This document shows positions 47,663 through 58,067 of a DNA stretch of 64,000 bases, piece after piece. This DNA is from Candidatus Melainabacteria bacterium 17Bon1m (GTDB lineage Bacteria > Cyanobacteriota > Vampirovibrionia > Obscuribacterales > Obscuribacteraceae). Each line of letters opens with the position of its first letter. Positions within the stretch are counted from its first letter, which is position 1. Below the pieces are notes generated by a model. That model worked only from the letters and a program-made list of their open reading frames with translations, was not told the origin of the DNA and ran no database searches. The translations under genes and the position numbers were made by a program. The stretch is taken from the NCBI GenBank assembly GCA_032128875.1, contig JAVLKG010000004.1, positions 32,001 to 96,000 on the forward strand. The letters are read 5' to 3'.

Positions 47663-50600
47663 TTAACGTTGTTGCTGCTGTTGCAGTATTGCTTGACGCT
47701 GTTGCTCGGCTGCCAGGAGTTCTGCTGACTGCATGCGATTTTTCAGTCTCTGCGACAGATTCATATCTCCGTCCGGCAGCATGGCAGTGGCTGTTCCTGC
47801 AACGATCGGTGTTGAGTTGCGGTTTGCCCACCAGCGCATTTCGTTCTGGCGTCCTACCAGATTAATGGCGCCTTGCTGGAACGAACTCGTCAGTGCCGAT
47901 GCGCGTGCCTTCAGTGACGGCAGCAATTCTACCGGTCCGTTGGCTCCAACCAAATGTTGAACGTGCGGGTCGCCTGTTTCCAGGTACAGTTGACGCATAT
48001 GGTCTGAGAATTCGGTAACTACTTGGTGCGCTTTCTTCGGCTCCATGCCGCCCTTGATCAGTTTTAGTTCCGCAGGCAGACCCGATCCGAATACTTGTGT
48101 AATCGTGTAGTCTTGCGTGAATTGCTTCGGATCGCCTACTAGATCCGTCACCTTCTTGCCGTCGGCAATGGCTTTGGCCATGGCTTCGCCGAGACCTTCC
48201 ATCTTTGCGTAGTTCGCTTTGAGCGGGGGCAATATGTTGGAGAAAGTCTTGCCTTCCAACACTGTGAGCGGTGTTTCCATCTGAGCCGTGATCAATTCGC
48301 TGACCACATTGTCCATGGTGTCACGGTCGATGACCACCTTTTGACCAGGTTTGTCGAGGTTGTACAGTTCGTAGTCGCCCTTGGTCGAACCTTCACGAGA
48401 CAAGCGCAAGAGTGACTTGGCCTGAGCTTCGATGATTGGATCGCCTTTGCCCAGATATTCCATCGTCTTGGCGCCGATGACCATTCTGAGCGCGTCGATG
48501 GCGTGCACTTCGAAGCCCATCGGGTTGTCCGGAGTTGCCATCTTCTTCGGGCTGAACACATTGGAATTTTCCATCAAGCCGCCGTTGCGACGTCCGCCCA
48601 TGAGCAAGCGGGCAAGGGCAACCGGCATGTTGATACCTGTCCATGCGGTTCCGATAATGTCTGATGTGTTTTCGTCTCTGGTCGCCCTCAAGTAGCTTTC
48701 GATCAAGCGACCATTCGTCCACTTCTCGCCGTTGACCAGCAATTCCTTCGGTGTACCTTCGGGGCTGATGATGGTGGCGACTTCGTTGTATTTTGGTCCC
48801 AATGCCTTTTCAACGGCTTTGGTGAGAACACCGCCTTCACCTGATTTATCGAGAAATTTCGCTATCAATCCGTTCCAGTCATGTCCGATTTCGTGACCAT
48901 AGACGCCGATTGAGGTGGCGCGTTCGCCGGTCATGTTGATTGGGTATTTGACGAGGTCCGGTCCCCAGACTGTGACTTTCTCGCCTGTCTTTGGATCTTC
49001 GGTGATGATGCGGCGCATCGTGTACGGTCCGGCGTTGACTGTTTTGCCGTCCGGAGTTCTGACGAGGTCGGAGGAAACAGCAAAGAGCGGAGGCGTTTTG
49101 CCTTGCAAAATGGTGAACGGATCTTTGATGCCTGCTTCTTTCATCGAAGCGACGAGGAACGTGAAAAATTCGTCGCCCACTAAATTGAGCTGTTTGGCTA
49201 GAGCCTGGTTCGGACCCAGTCCGCCGGCTTGGCTCTGCGTTGCAGCATCTGCGAAGAAACGGAAAAGATCGTCGACTTGAGCGACGTCTTTTGTCGTGTT
49301 GACTTCTTTGCCGAGCGCAAACATGGTATTTGCTGCTGGTCTGTGTTCTGGTCCCAGAGGCGTTCTTTCGGCATTTGGAACTACTGCAGTGTAGACCTGA
49401 CCTTCCATTTGTTGCTTGTATGCAATGACGGCAGTGTCTTCGGCGGTGATGGCTGCGCGCTCATCGGCTGTGACTTTCGCCATTTCTTGCAAGTTTGCGA
49501 CGTTGATTTCGCCGTCTGCTGCAGATTGCTGTGCTGATTTGTCGTAAGGCTTAGTGCCGGGCTGCTCATGCGGTTCGACGGCAGTGGTGCCTTCTTGTTT
49601 TTTGAACTGTTGACCTGTTCCGTGTTCGTCAGCTATCTTCGTCATGTGGTCGTTGATGCCCATGACCTCTTCGCGCGTTCTTCTCATGCCTTCGAGAGCC
49701 GCGTCGAGTTTGACATTCACAAGATCCGGAACATTTGGAATTGGATCTTTGGCGTTGATTTGCTCTGGATTAATGCCTTTTTTCAAGAGAGCCAAAGTGC
49801 GGTCAAAGCCGTGATATTCACCGTCTTGACCTTTCAAACCGTGGCGATAAACCATGTGTGAATCGACAGCTTCGATGTGCTGGCGCTGAGCTTGCTCCAT
49901 CAAAGCTTTGGCCTGCTCGGCAGGAATATTGGCGAGCGGATTCTTAAGTGTGGGCTCTTCTTTCGGCTTGAATTTAGCTGACCACGTATCGATTTTTTCT
50001 GTGGTGCGATTGAGTAGATTGCCTACTTTTGATTCGTCACTAGTCCAGAAGTGCTCTACTTTTTTATCCCATGCGGCAAACTTTGGTGCCAGTTCTTTGC
50101 CTTCTACCCAGGCTCCCATGCGGTTTGCATAGGTGTTGGCTGCAGTTGCTGCTTCGCCTGTCTCGGCTGCAGGAGCTGTTTTTCCAAATCTGCCTACGAC
50201 ACTGTCGGCCCATCCGCCAACTGTTTTGGCAGAGCCGATTGGGTTTTCAATAATTTTGCCGGTCAGTCTTTCGGCTTTTATACCTATGTAGCCGCCTGCT
50301 GCAGCATCAAAGGCGAACATGCCCATATGATTGCCGAAATTGGTGGCGGCTTGATTCAATTCTTGTCTGTTTCGCGCAGCTGAGGCTTCAGAACCGCCTT
50401 GCGCAAATGCTTTGATGCCGTCGACTACGAACATGCCGCCCATGATGGTGGCAACGGCTGCTCGTCCTGCGCCGGTTTTCGGCAAAAATGTCCGCATCGC
50501 CACACCGATAGAACCGGCGAAAAGGGCTTTGCCTGCCGCCTCGCTGGGATTATTCCAGTAGTGCCCGAATGTGTTTGCAACGCCTTCCGGCGTCCTTAAT

Positions 50601-50818
50601 ATGCCTTTTCCAAATACCGTTCCGTATCGCTCTAAGCCGCTCATCTCCTCTGTCTGTACGCTGGAAGCGTCCTGAGGAATGGCTCCCTGGAGCATCTGTC
50701 CTGACAAGCTCAATCTCTCACGAGCTTGTTCGGCGACCTGCTTTTCCTGATTTGCCACACCCGCCAAGTCGTCGGTGGCATTGACCAGCATCTGATCGCC
50801 TAACGTGTTCCCGCCCAT
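47663..50818 (-). CDS. Large hypothetical protein with N-terminal hydrophobic helices and an M48-like zinc metallopeptidase motif set
   Basis: GHEIGHD ... DENTSDIIG ... PVALARLL ... HAIDALR; SD GGAGG. Confidence 0.7.
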   Translation of the reverse strand: MGGNTLGDQMLVNATDDLAGVANQEKQVAEQARERLSLSGQMLQGAIPQDASSVQTEEMSGLERYGTVFGKGILRTPEGVANTFGHYWNNPSEAAGKALFAGSIGVAMRTFLPKTGAGRAAVATIMGGMFVVDGIKAFAQGGSEASAARNRQELNQAATNFGNHMGMFAFDAAAGGYIGIKAERLTGKIIENPIGSAKTVGGWADSVVGRFGKTAPAAETGEAATAANTYANRMGAWVEGKELAPKFAAWDKKVEHFWTSDESKVGNLLNRTTEKIDTWSAKFKPKEEPTLKNPLANIPAEQAKALMEQAQRQHIEAVDSHMVYRHGLKGQDGEYHGFDRTLALLKKGINPEQINAKDPIPNVPDLVNVKLDAALEGMRRTREEVMGINDHMTKIADEHGTGQQFKKQEGTTAVEPHEQPGTKPYDKSAQQSAADGEINVANLQEMAKVTADERAAITAEDTAVIAYKQQMEGQVYTAVVPNAERTPLGPEHRPAANTMFALGKEVNTTKDVAQVDDLFRFFADAATQSQAGGLGPNQALAKQLNLVGDEFFTFLVASMKEAGIKDPFTILQGKTPPLFAVSSDLVRTPDGKTVNAGPYTMRRIITEDPKTGEKVTVWGPDLVKYPINMTGERATSIGVYGHEIGHDWNGLIAKFLDKSGEGGVLTKAVEKALGPKYNEVATIISPEGTPKELLVNGEKWTNGRLIESYLRATRDENTSDIIGTAWTGINMPVALARLLMGGRRNGGLMENSNVFSPKKMATPDNPMGFEVHAIDALRMVIGAKTMEYLGKGDPIIEAQAKSLLRLSREGSTKGDYELYNLDKPGQKVVIDRDTMDNVVSELITAQMETPLTVLEGKTFSNILPPLKANYAKMEGLGEAMAKAIADGKKVTDLVGDPKQFTQDYTITQVFGSGLPAELKLIKGGMEPKKAHQVVTEFSDHMRQLYLETGDPHVQHLVGANGPVELLPSLKARASALTSSFQQGAINLVGRQNEMRWWANRNSTPIVAGTATAMLPDGDMNLSQRLKNRMQSAELLAAEQQRQAILQQQQQR

Positions 50819-51206
50819 TCAGACCTCCAGCGTTTCCGATGTAACCCAGTGTTACGAGAGATTTAAGACGCGCAAAACCGAGTCACCCGGGAGTGCTTCC
50901 CGGGAAAGAGAGGAGGTTTTACTTCGAATTTCCTGGGGGTGAACCAGTGGAAATCGGTCTTAATCCTGCAGCTGCCTCTCTCTTCCAGCTACTTGAGGCA
51001 GCAGCGATTCACTCCTTAAGACTATCTCACCACCTACCGCGGTGTATATTCGGGAAATTACGGTGGCTTGCGTAAGAATCCCACCCCGACATTAAAATCG
51101 TCGTCTGTCATAATTGTGAGCCGTGGCCAGAGGCCATTTTAGATATAGGCGGAATTAGGCGCAGTTGCCGGTTTTAGCCTTTCACAACTGATTTAGAGGC
51201 GACAAC

Positions 51207-52241
51207 GTGGAGAAAAAACCTCAAGGTTCTGTCCCATCAACTTCAAGTTCATTGAAAGGAAAAATTTCCAAAGACGAACTGAAGGACAAGATAAGAGGAG
51301 TGATTCTGGCTGCAGCTTGCGGCAATTCGCTGGGCGGCAGTGCTATCGGGTTAAGCCATAAAGAGATATTGGCGACTGCAGGCTCAAGCCTCAGAGATTT
51401 CGTTCCGGGACTGACTCGCAGTGTTTTGCCGGACCACAAAGCCGGCGAGTGGTTGCCCGAGACTTATCTGGCGGTCAACCTTGCAGAATCCGTCATCAGC
51501 TCGGACGGCAAATTCAACCGTGCCGACTTGAAAGAAAGATTTGTGGCTTTGCTTTCAGATCAAAGTTTCCTTGGTTCAGGGCCAAGCGCACAATTGCTAA
51601 AAGGATTGCGGCGCATGGCTGACGGGGTGGCGCCCCCGGACAAGAGCGCCGGCGCGCTGCACGTCTCTGCCGCATCACGAGCGTTTCCTCTAGCCTGTTT
51701 GCCCGATACGGACGAAGGCTCCCGAGCCGCCGATATGGCTGTAGAGCAGGCTCAGCTCACTCACCTCGACAAAAGAGTTTATGCGGCGGCTGCCGTTTTA
51801 GCTGACAGCGTCGGGTTTTTCTTGCGCGGCAATAAGCTCGATGAAGAAGAACAAGTGCGCGAGTACGTGAAGCGCCAGCATGCGATTGCCGAACGCATCG
51901 ATCCTCGCTTTGCCGAAGCCTGGGACGACGTGGCACCGGATCTCGACTATATGAATCCGGCCGCTCAATTACCTTATTCACTTTTGAATATTGGTCATGA
52001 AGTAAATGAATTGGTACCGACAGCAGTCGGCATATTCCTTATCTTCAGACATAACTTAGAAGAAGCTATCTGTCATGCGGCAGTAGCAGGCGGTGAAACC
52101 GATACGTTGGGCATCATCGTCGGCGCACTGGCGGGCGGTTATCATGGCGCCTCTCAAATTCCGGAGCGCTGGCTTAGCAAGCTGGCACACCGCGAAAAAT
52201 TGGAAGAGATTGCCGAACAACTGTTCGATATGTGGCCTTAG
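51207..52241 (+). CDS. ADP-ribosylglycohydrolase (ARH/DraG)-fold protein with degenerate active site
   Basis: RGVILAAACGNSLG, AQLTH, AVAGGETDTLGIIVGALAGGYHGASQIPERW; TDD motif replaced by LPE. Confidence 0.82.
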   Translation: MEKKPQGSVPSTSSSLKGKISKDELKDKIRGVILAAACGNSLGGSAIGLSHKEILATAGSSLRDFVPGLTRSVLPDHKAGEWLPETYLAVNLAESVISSDGKFNRADLKERFVALLSDQSFLGSGPSAQLLKGLRRMADGVAPPDKSAGALHVSAASRAFPLACLPDTDEGSRAADMAVEQAQLTHLDKRVYAAAAVLADSVGFFLRGNKLDEEEQVREYVKRQHAIAERIDPRFAEAWDDVAPDLDYMNPAAQLPYSLLNIGHEVNELVPTAVGIFLIFRHNLEEAICHAAVAGGETDTLGIIVGALAGGYHGASQIPERWLSKLAHREKLEEIAEQLFDMWP

Positions 52242-52280
52242 CAATTAGTTTTTGTATTTATAGAAATGGAGGAGTGTTAG

Positions 52281-53057
52281 ATGACCGCTTCAGTGTCTCC
52301 TGAAAAGGAAGGACTCAAAAATATCCTTGCCGATAGAGTGGCTTTGGTAACCGGATCCGGGCGCGGTATCGGAAAGGCGATTGCAACAGTCTTAGCGCAG
52401 CACGGAGCCAAGATTGTCATCAGCGATATCAACGTCGAAACCTCTGATGCGACCGCAGAAGAGATGGTGAAAGCAGGTTTTCAGGCAGTAAGCTGCCCGG
52501 CCAATGTCACCAATACCGAAAGCATCGACAAGATGGTCGAATCGGCGATGGAGAAATTCGGACAGATTGACATTCTGGTCAATAACGCCGGTATCACGCG
52601 CGACAATCTTTTATTGAAGATGAGCGAAGAGCATTGGCAAGCGGTAATCGATACCAACCTGACTTCTGCCTTCAAGGTCACCCAGCCAATTGTCAAAATC
52701 ATGTCCAAACAACGCTACGGGCGCATTATCAACATTGCCTCGACAACCGGCGTGCACGGCAATTTCGGTCAGTGCAATTACGCTGCGGCTAAAGCCGGCT
52801 TGATTGGATTTACAAAGACCGTTGCGCTTGAATACGCTAAACGCAACATCACCTGCAACGCTGTTGCACCAGGCTTCATCGACACCGATATGACCAAGGC
52901 GTTGGGTGAAAAAATCATAAACTCGTTCGTTGAAAAAATCCCTGCAGGGCGCATGGGAACGCCGGATGACATTGCTCGTGCGGTGCTTTTCTTTGCCGGA
53001 CTCGGTGATTATGTGACCGGTACGGTTATGGAAGTCAACGGCGGTTTGTATACGTAA
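52281..53057 (+). CDS. fabG: 3-oxoacyl-ACP reductase
   Basis: TGSGRGIG, NNAGITRD, YAAAK, VAPGFI.TDMT; adjacent to acpP. Confidence 0.95.
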   Translation: MTASVSPEKEGLKNILADRVALVTGSGRGIGKAIATVLAQHGAKIVISDINVETSDATAEEMVKAGFQAVSCPANVTNTESIDKMVESAMEKFGQIDILVNNAGITRDNLLLKMSEEHWQAVIDTNLTSAFKVTQPIVKIMSKQRYGRIINIASTTGVHGNFGQCNYAAAKAGLIGFTKTVALEYAKRNITCNAVAPGFIDTDMTKALGEKIINSFVEKIPAGRMGTPDDIARAVLFFAGLGDYVTGTVMEVNGGLYT

Positions 53058-53278
53058 AGTGCCAGAGGCAGTGCCTTCAAGGGCAGTGTCAGGGCACCGG
53101 TTTTTATTGAATTAGTTTGTGTTTACAACGCAGGTTTGACACGTAAACGAATCTATAAAACCGAGACCACCGGAAAGCCGACATGCTATCCTAGGTCGCC
53201 TTGGCACACAACCTTTGGGTTGAATTGCCGCTCAGTGTCGTGTGCGTTTCTAATTGTTTTAAGGGGGTTGTAGTACAC

Positions 53279-53518
53279 ATGGAAGAGAAGGAAGCCTTCG
53301 AACGAGTCAAGAAGGTTGCTGTGGCTCAGCTTAACGTCAATGCCGACGAAGTGACCATGGAAGCGAGCTTCACGAAGGACCTCGGTGCAGATTCCCTCGA
53401 TACCGTCGAGCTGGTTATGGCTCTTGAAGAAGAGTTCGGTATGGAAATTCCGGACGAAGATGCCGAAAAAATCACCACCGTTGGCGAAGCAGTTAAGTAC
53501 ATCGCTCAACACGTGTAA
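53279..53518 (+). CDS. acpP: Acyl carrier protein
   Basis: [37 protein letters not shown] 53279. Confidence 0.98.
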   Translation: MEEKEAFERVKKVAVAQLNVNADEVTMEASFTKDLGADSLDTVELVMALEEEFGMEIPDEDAEKITTVGEAVKYIAQHV

Positions 53519-53654
53519 TCACGGTTTGACGTAGACTTAGAAGTAGTCGATTCGGCACCGGATTTGATGGCGCAGGCAGGGACATTGTTCTGAGCCGTGC
53601 TCAGCCCGTTGCCGATTTTGACAACTATGTATCAGGTGTGGTGGCATAATCAGG

Positions 53655-54911
53655 ATGACTAAAGAGCGAGTTGTAATTACAGGCATAGGCGTCATAAGTG
53701 CAGTAGGCAGCGGTAAAGATGCCTTCTGGGACGGAATTGTCAATGGACGCTCCGGAGTCAAGAAAGTAACTAAGGTCCCGGAGAATCTCCAGGGTCCATG
53801 CAAAATCGCCGCCGAAATTACTGATTTCGATGTGACGAAGTACATGGATGTGAAGCAAGCGCGTCGCGCCGACCGTTTCATCCAGTACGCAGTTGCTGCT
53901 TCGAAATTGGCAGTTGAAGATGCCAAGCTGGATATGACGAAAGAAAACCCTGAAAGAGTGGGTGTCGCAGTCGGTTCGGCAGCAGGTGGTTTGCAGTCTC
54001 AAGAAGATCAGATTCGTACCCTCTATGAAAGAGGTCCGGATCGTGTTTCGCCATTTACAGTCCCGCTCTTTATCGTCAATATGCCGGCGGGCTGGGTCTC
54101 CATTGTGCATGGAGCCAAAGGTCCAAATGTTTGCAACGTAACTGCCTGTGCAACCTCGTCGCACACTCTGGGCGATGCTTTCCGCATTATTGAACGCGGC
54201 GAAGCCGATGTTATGTTTGCCGGTGGCACAGAGGCACCCATCACACCACTTTCAATGGCAGGATTTGCCGCTGCGCGAACACTCTCAACTCGCAATGACG
54301 AGCCGGAGAAAGCCTCCAGACCGTTCGACAAAGGTCGCAACGGATTTGTAATGGGCGAAGGCGCGGCAATACTCATTTTGGAAAGCCTCAGCCACGCTAA
54401 GGCTCGCGGCGCTCATATCTACGCAGAGATTGCCGGATACGGTCTTACAGCCGATGCTCACGATATCGTGCAACCATGCGGCGATGGCGACGGCGCCATG
54501 CGCGCGATGAAAATGGCGCTTGCACAGGCAAATGTTAAGCCGGAAGAGGTTAATTACATCAATGCTCACGGTACTTCCACACCGTTGGGCGACAAAGCCG
54601 AGACCACGGCCGTCAAGCGTGTTTTTGGCGAACATGCCACCAAGGGTGGTGTGGTAATTTCGTCCAGCAAATCAATGACTGGTCACTTGCTTGGCGCTGC
54701 TGGAGCCATTGAAGCGGCAGTTTGCTGTTTGGCTATCGAGCACGAAACCATTCCGCCGACGATCAATCTCGACACACCTGATCCGGACTGCGATCTGGAT
54801 TATTGCCCGAATGTCGCGCGTAAGAATTCACCAATAAAAGTCGCATTGTCCAATAGTTTCGGCTTTGGCGGTCATAACGCAAGCCTTCTTTTCAAGAAGG
54901 TTACGGGTTAA
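53655..54911 (+). CDS. fabF: 3-oxoacyl-ACP synthase II
   Basis: TACAT, NAHGTST, KSMTGHLLGAAG, SNSFGFGGHN. Confidence 0.97.
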   Translation: MTKERVVITGIGVISAVGSGKDAFWDGIVNGRSGVKKVTKVPENLQGPCKIAAEITDFDVTKYMDVKQARRADRFIQYAVAASKLAVEDAKLDMTKENPERVGVAVGSAAGGLQSQEDQIRTLYERGPDRVSPFTVPLFIVNMPAGWVSIVHGAKGPNVCNVTACATSSHTLGDAFRIIERGEADVMFAGGTEAPITPLSMAGFAAARTLSTRNDEPEKASRPFDKGRNGFVMGEGAAILILESLSHAKARGAHIYAEIAGYGLTADAHDIVQPCGDGDGAMRAMKMALAQANVKPEEVNYINAHGTSTPLGDKAETTAVKRVFGEHATKGGVVISSSKSMTGHLLGAAGAIEAAVCCLAIEHETIPPTINLDTPDPDCDLDYCPNVARKNSPIKVALSNSFGFGGHNASLLFKKVTG

Positions 54912-54964
54912 AATCTAAAGCCTTGCCCTGGGCATTTTCGCTGGGCAATTTGGAGCAGTAGTTA

Positions 54965-56476
54965 ATGACTGAGCTTGTCGGGCGTTCGATAAGTGAATTG
55001 AAAAAGCTGTTGGCGGAAAAGTCAGTCTCCGCCAAAGAAATCTTGGCTGCGCACTTGAAGCAAGTTCAAGCGCATGACTCTGAGATTAAGGCATTCACAT
55101 GCTTGACTGAAGAACGCGCCCAAAAACAAGCCGCACGAGTTGATGAACTAGTCGCTCGTGGAGAGGCTCTTCCTGCTCTTGCCGGAATTCCGGTGGCTAT
55201 AAAAGACAATATTTGCGTTGCCGACTATCCAACCACTTGCTCGAGCAAGATTTTGGAGAGCTTCATCGCACCTTATGAAGCGACTGTCGCGCAAAAGCTG
55301 GATGCCGCCGGTGCGCTTTTCATTGGCAAGACGAACATGGATGAATTCGCCATGGGCTCGTCGACCGAGAATTCCGCGTTTAAGAAAACCGCCAACCCCT
55401 GGGATGTTTCCCGCGTGCCTGGCGGCAGCTCAGGCGGCTCCACTGCTGCTGTTGCAGCCGGTATGGCTGTTGTTGCTCTTGGTTCGGACACAGGTGGTTC
55501 GATACGCCAGCCTGCTGCTTTCTGCGGCGTGAGCGGCATGAAGCCCACTTATGGAATGGTTTCGCGTTTTGGACTGGTTGCCTTTGCTTCGTCTCTGGAT
55601 CAAATCGGACCGCTGGCAAGAAGCGTCGAAGACACAGCCATCGCACTTTCGGTTATCTCAGGTCACGACAAGAATGACTCGACATCGATTCCTGATCCAT
55701 TTAAAAATCAGGGTCCTCGTTTTGAAGAATCGCTTGCGCAGGCTCCGGATAAGCTCATGAAAGGGCTGAGAGTCGGAGTGATTACAGAACTCGTCGCAGA
55801 AGGAATAGAGCCGGAGATTGTCAGTTCTATTCGGCAAGCTGCTGCTGTATTTGAAAAACTGGGAGCGAAAGTCACTGATGTTTCTCTGCCCAATTCAAGA
55901 TTTGCTCTGCCCGTCTATTACTTGATTGCCACCGCCGAAGCGTCTGCCAACCTGGCCCGTTACGATGGTGTCAAATACGGTTTGCGCGAAACAGAAGGCG
56001 CAGCCAAAGATTCTATTTTGCAGATGTATAAATCGACGCGCTCGAAAGGTTTCGGCGCGGAAGTAAAACGCCGCATCATGCTCGGCACCTATGCGTTGAG
56101 CTCCGGTTACTACGACGCATATTATAAGAAAGCACAACAAGTCAGACGATTGATCAAAAACGATTTTGACAATGTCTTCGAGAGTTGCGACGTTCTAATT
56201 TCTCCGACATCACCTACGGTGGCGTTCAAAATTGGAGAAAAAACTGACGATCCCTTGAGCATGTACTTGTCGGATATTGCAACAATCCCGGCAAACCTTG
56301 CGGGGCTGCCAGGTATCTCAATTCCAGCCGGACTTGGCAAAGACAAACTGCCGATCGGCTTGCAGATTTTAGGAAACACTTTGAGCGATGAGGTCGTCCT
56401 TAAGGTCGCTCATGCTTTCCAGCAATCCACAGACTTCCACAACCGTCAGTTTCCGGGACTAGCTACAGTCGGCTAG
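54965..56476 (+). CDS. gatA: Asp/Glu-tRNA amidotransferase subunit A
   Basis: [59 protein letters not shown]. Confidence 0.98.
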   Translation: MTELVGRSISELKKLLAEKSVSAKEILAAHLKQVQAHDSEIKAFTCLTEERAQKQAARVDELVARGEALPALAGIPVAIKDNICVADYPTTCSSKILESFIAPYEATVAQKLDAAGALFIGKTNMDEFAMGSSTENSAFKKTANPWDVSRVPGGSSGGSTAAVAAGMAVVALGSDTGGSIRQPAAFCGVSGMKPTYGMVSRFGLVAFASSLDQIGPLARSVEDTAIALSVISGHDKNDSTSIPDPFKNQGPRFEESLAQAPDKLMKGLRVGVITELVAEGIEPEIVSSIRQAAAVFEKLGAKVTDVSLPNSRFALPVYYLIATAEASANLARYDGVKYGLRETEGAAKDSILQMYKSTRSKGFGAEVKRRIMLGTYALSSGYYDAYYKKAQQVRRLIKNDFDNVFESCDVLISPTSPTVAFKIGEKTDDPLSMYLSDIATIPANLAGLPGISIPAGLGKDKLPIGLQILGNTLSDEVVLKVAHAFQQSTDFHNRQFPGLATVG

Positions 56477-56504
56477 GCAGAGACTTTTTGAAGGAGTAAT
56501 CGAG

Positions 56505-56984
56505 ATGCATTCGACCAATTGCAGTCAATATCAGACGAGTCAGACAAAGAGAAATCGCATTTTCTTTTCTTTACTGACGGCTGTGATGGCTGCAGGTGGG
56601 CAGCCGGTTATCGCAGGTCCCAACGACTTCTTCGGCTCGGCAATGCCGGCAGGACAGTTGGCGGATCCGAATGCCAATCAGTTCACTACTCCTGGTCAAG
56701 CCAAAGCAAGTGACATGCTCAATCAGTCCAATCCAGGTGATTATACCGACGACGAAAAGCGCATGCAAAAGAAGTATAAAGCCAGCCTCAGCCACGCCAG
56801 AGGTCTGATCGCAAAGGGCGAGCGAATGATGAAGTCGGTCGATCAGAAAGAATCGAAGAAAGGCAAAATCCTCAAAGAAATAGGCGAAAAGCGCCTTGCA
56901 GAATTGGAAGCCAATAATCCGAATCCCAGCCGCATCAAAGATACCGGCGATAAATTCAACGAGAAAAAGGCGGTTGCAGAATGA
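56505..56984 (+). CDS. Hypothetical exported protein
   Basis: SD AAGGAG, signal-like hydrophobic stretch, ATGA overlap with cysK. Confidence 0.7.
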   Translation: MHSTNCSQYQTSQTKRNRIFFSLLTAVMAAGGQPVIAGPNDFFGSAMPAGQLADPNANQFTTPGQAKASDMLNQSNPGDYTDDEKRMQKKYKASLSHARGLIAKGERMMKSVDQKESKKGKILKEIGEKRLAELEANNPNPSRIKDTGDKFNEKKAVAE

Positions 56985-57955
56985 CAGCTACTAGAACAGA
57001 ACAGATTGCTTCGGACATCACCCGCATAGTCGGGCACACTCCGATGGTGAGGCTCAACAAGCTCACCAAGGGACTTGGCGCCGAAGTGGTTGTGAAGCTG
57101 GAATCATTAAATCCGCTGGGCTCCGTAAAAGACCGTATCGGTGTCTCCATGGTTAACGAAGCCGAAAAGGCAGGGGTTATCTCACCCGGAAGCACCACTC
57201 TTATCGAGCCGACCTCCGGCAACACCGGTATTGCTCTGGCATTCGTGGCTGCTGCGCGCGGCTACAAATTGATTTTGACGATGCCTGACACTATGTCTCT
57301 CGAGCGCCGCAAGCTGCTAGCTGCCCTCGGTGCAGAGCTGGTTCTTACGCCTGGCGCAGAAGGTATGAAAGGGGCAATTGCAAAAGCAGACGAGCTGGTT
57401 GGAACAACCAAGAATGCGTATATGCTTCAGCAGTTTCAAAACCCTGCCAATCCGAAAGTACATCGCGAAACAACCGCAGAAGAAATCTGGCAAGCTACCG
57501 ATGGCAACTTGGACATTTTTGTTTCCGCAGTAGGAACAGGCGGCACCATCACTGGTGTCGGTCAAGTCCTCAAAGAGCGTAAGCCAAGCATCAAGGTTGT
57601 CGCTGTTGAACCTTCAGATAGTCCAGTTATCACCCAGACTTTGGCTGGTCAGCCGTTAAAGCCGGGACCGCACAAAATTCAGGGAATCGGTGCTGGATTT
57701 ATTCCTCAAATTTTGGATGTCAGTGTTATCGACGAAGTCTTCCGCGTCACCAACGAGCAAGCGCTCGAATACGGTCGTAAGCTTTCCAGTGAAGAAGGAA
57801 TTCTTGCCGGTATCAGCAGCGGTGCCAACGTTTTTGCTGCTCTTGAAATTGCATCTCGACCAGAGAACAAAGGCAAGCGCATTGTCACAGTGATTTGCAG
57901 CACCGGTGAGCGTTATCTGTCCACCTTGCTGTTCGCCGACATCCTCGGCAACTAA
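56981..57955 (+). CDS. cysK: Cysteine synthase A
   Basis: [48 protein letters not shown]. Confidence 0.97.
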   Translation: MTATRTEQIASDITRIVGHTPMVRLNKLTKGLGAEVVVKLESLNPLGSVKDRIGVSMVNEAEKAGVISPGSTTLIEPTSGNTGIALAFVAAARGYKLILTMPDTMSLERRKLLAALGAELVLTPGAEGMKGAIAKADELVGTTKNAYMLQQFQNPANPKVHRETTAEEIWQATDGNLDIFVSAVGTGGTITGVGQVLKERKPSIKVVAVEPSDSPVITQTLAGQPLKPGPHKIQGIGAGFIPQILDVSVIDEVFRVTNEQALEYGRKLSSEEGILAGISSGANVFAALEIASRPENKGKRIVTVICSTGERYLSTLLFADILGN

Positions 57956-57960
57956 CGTAC

Positions 57961-58032
57961 GGTCGACGCACGGCGTCGACCCTTTTATGATGCGCATTGA
58001 CCGGTTCTTGTGGGGGCGCGTTGCACGCGCCC
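57961..58032. repeat. REP cluster between convergent genes
   Basis: GGTCGACGCACGGCGTCGACCC; GTGGGGGCGCGTTGCACGCGCCC. Confidence 0.85.
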
Positions 58033-58067
58033 ATTTCTCTGTTATGCCTCTTGGCCTCAAACTAGCC

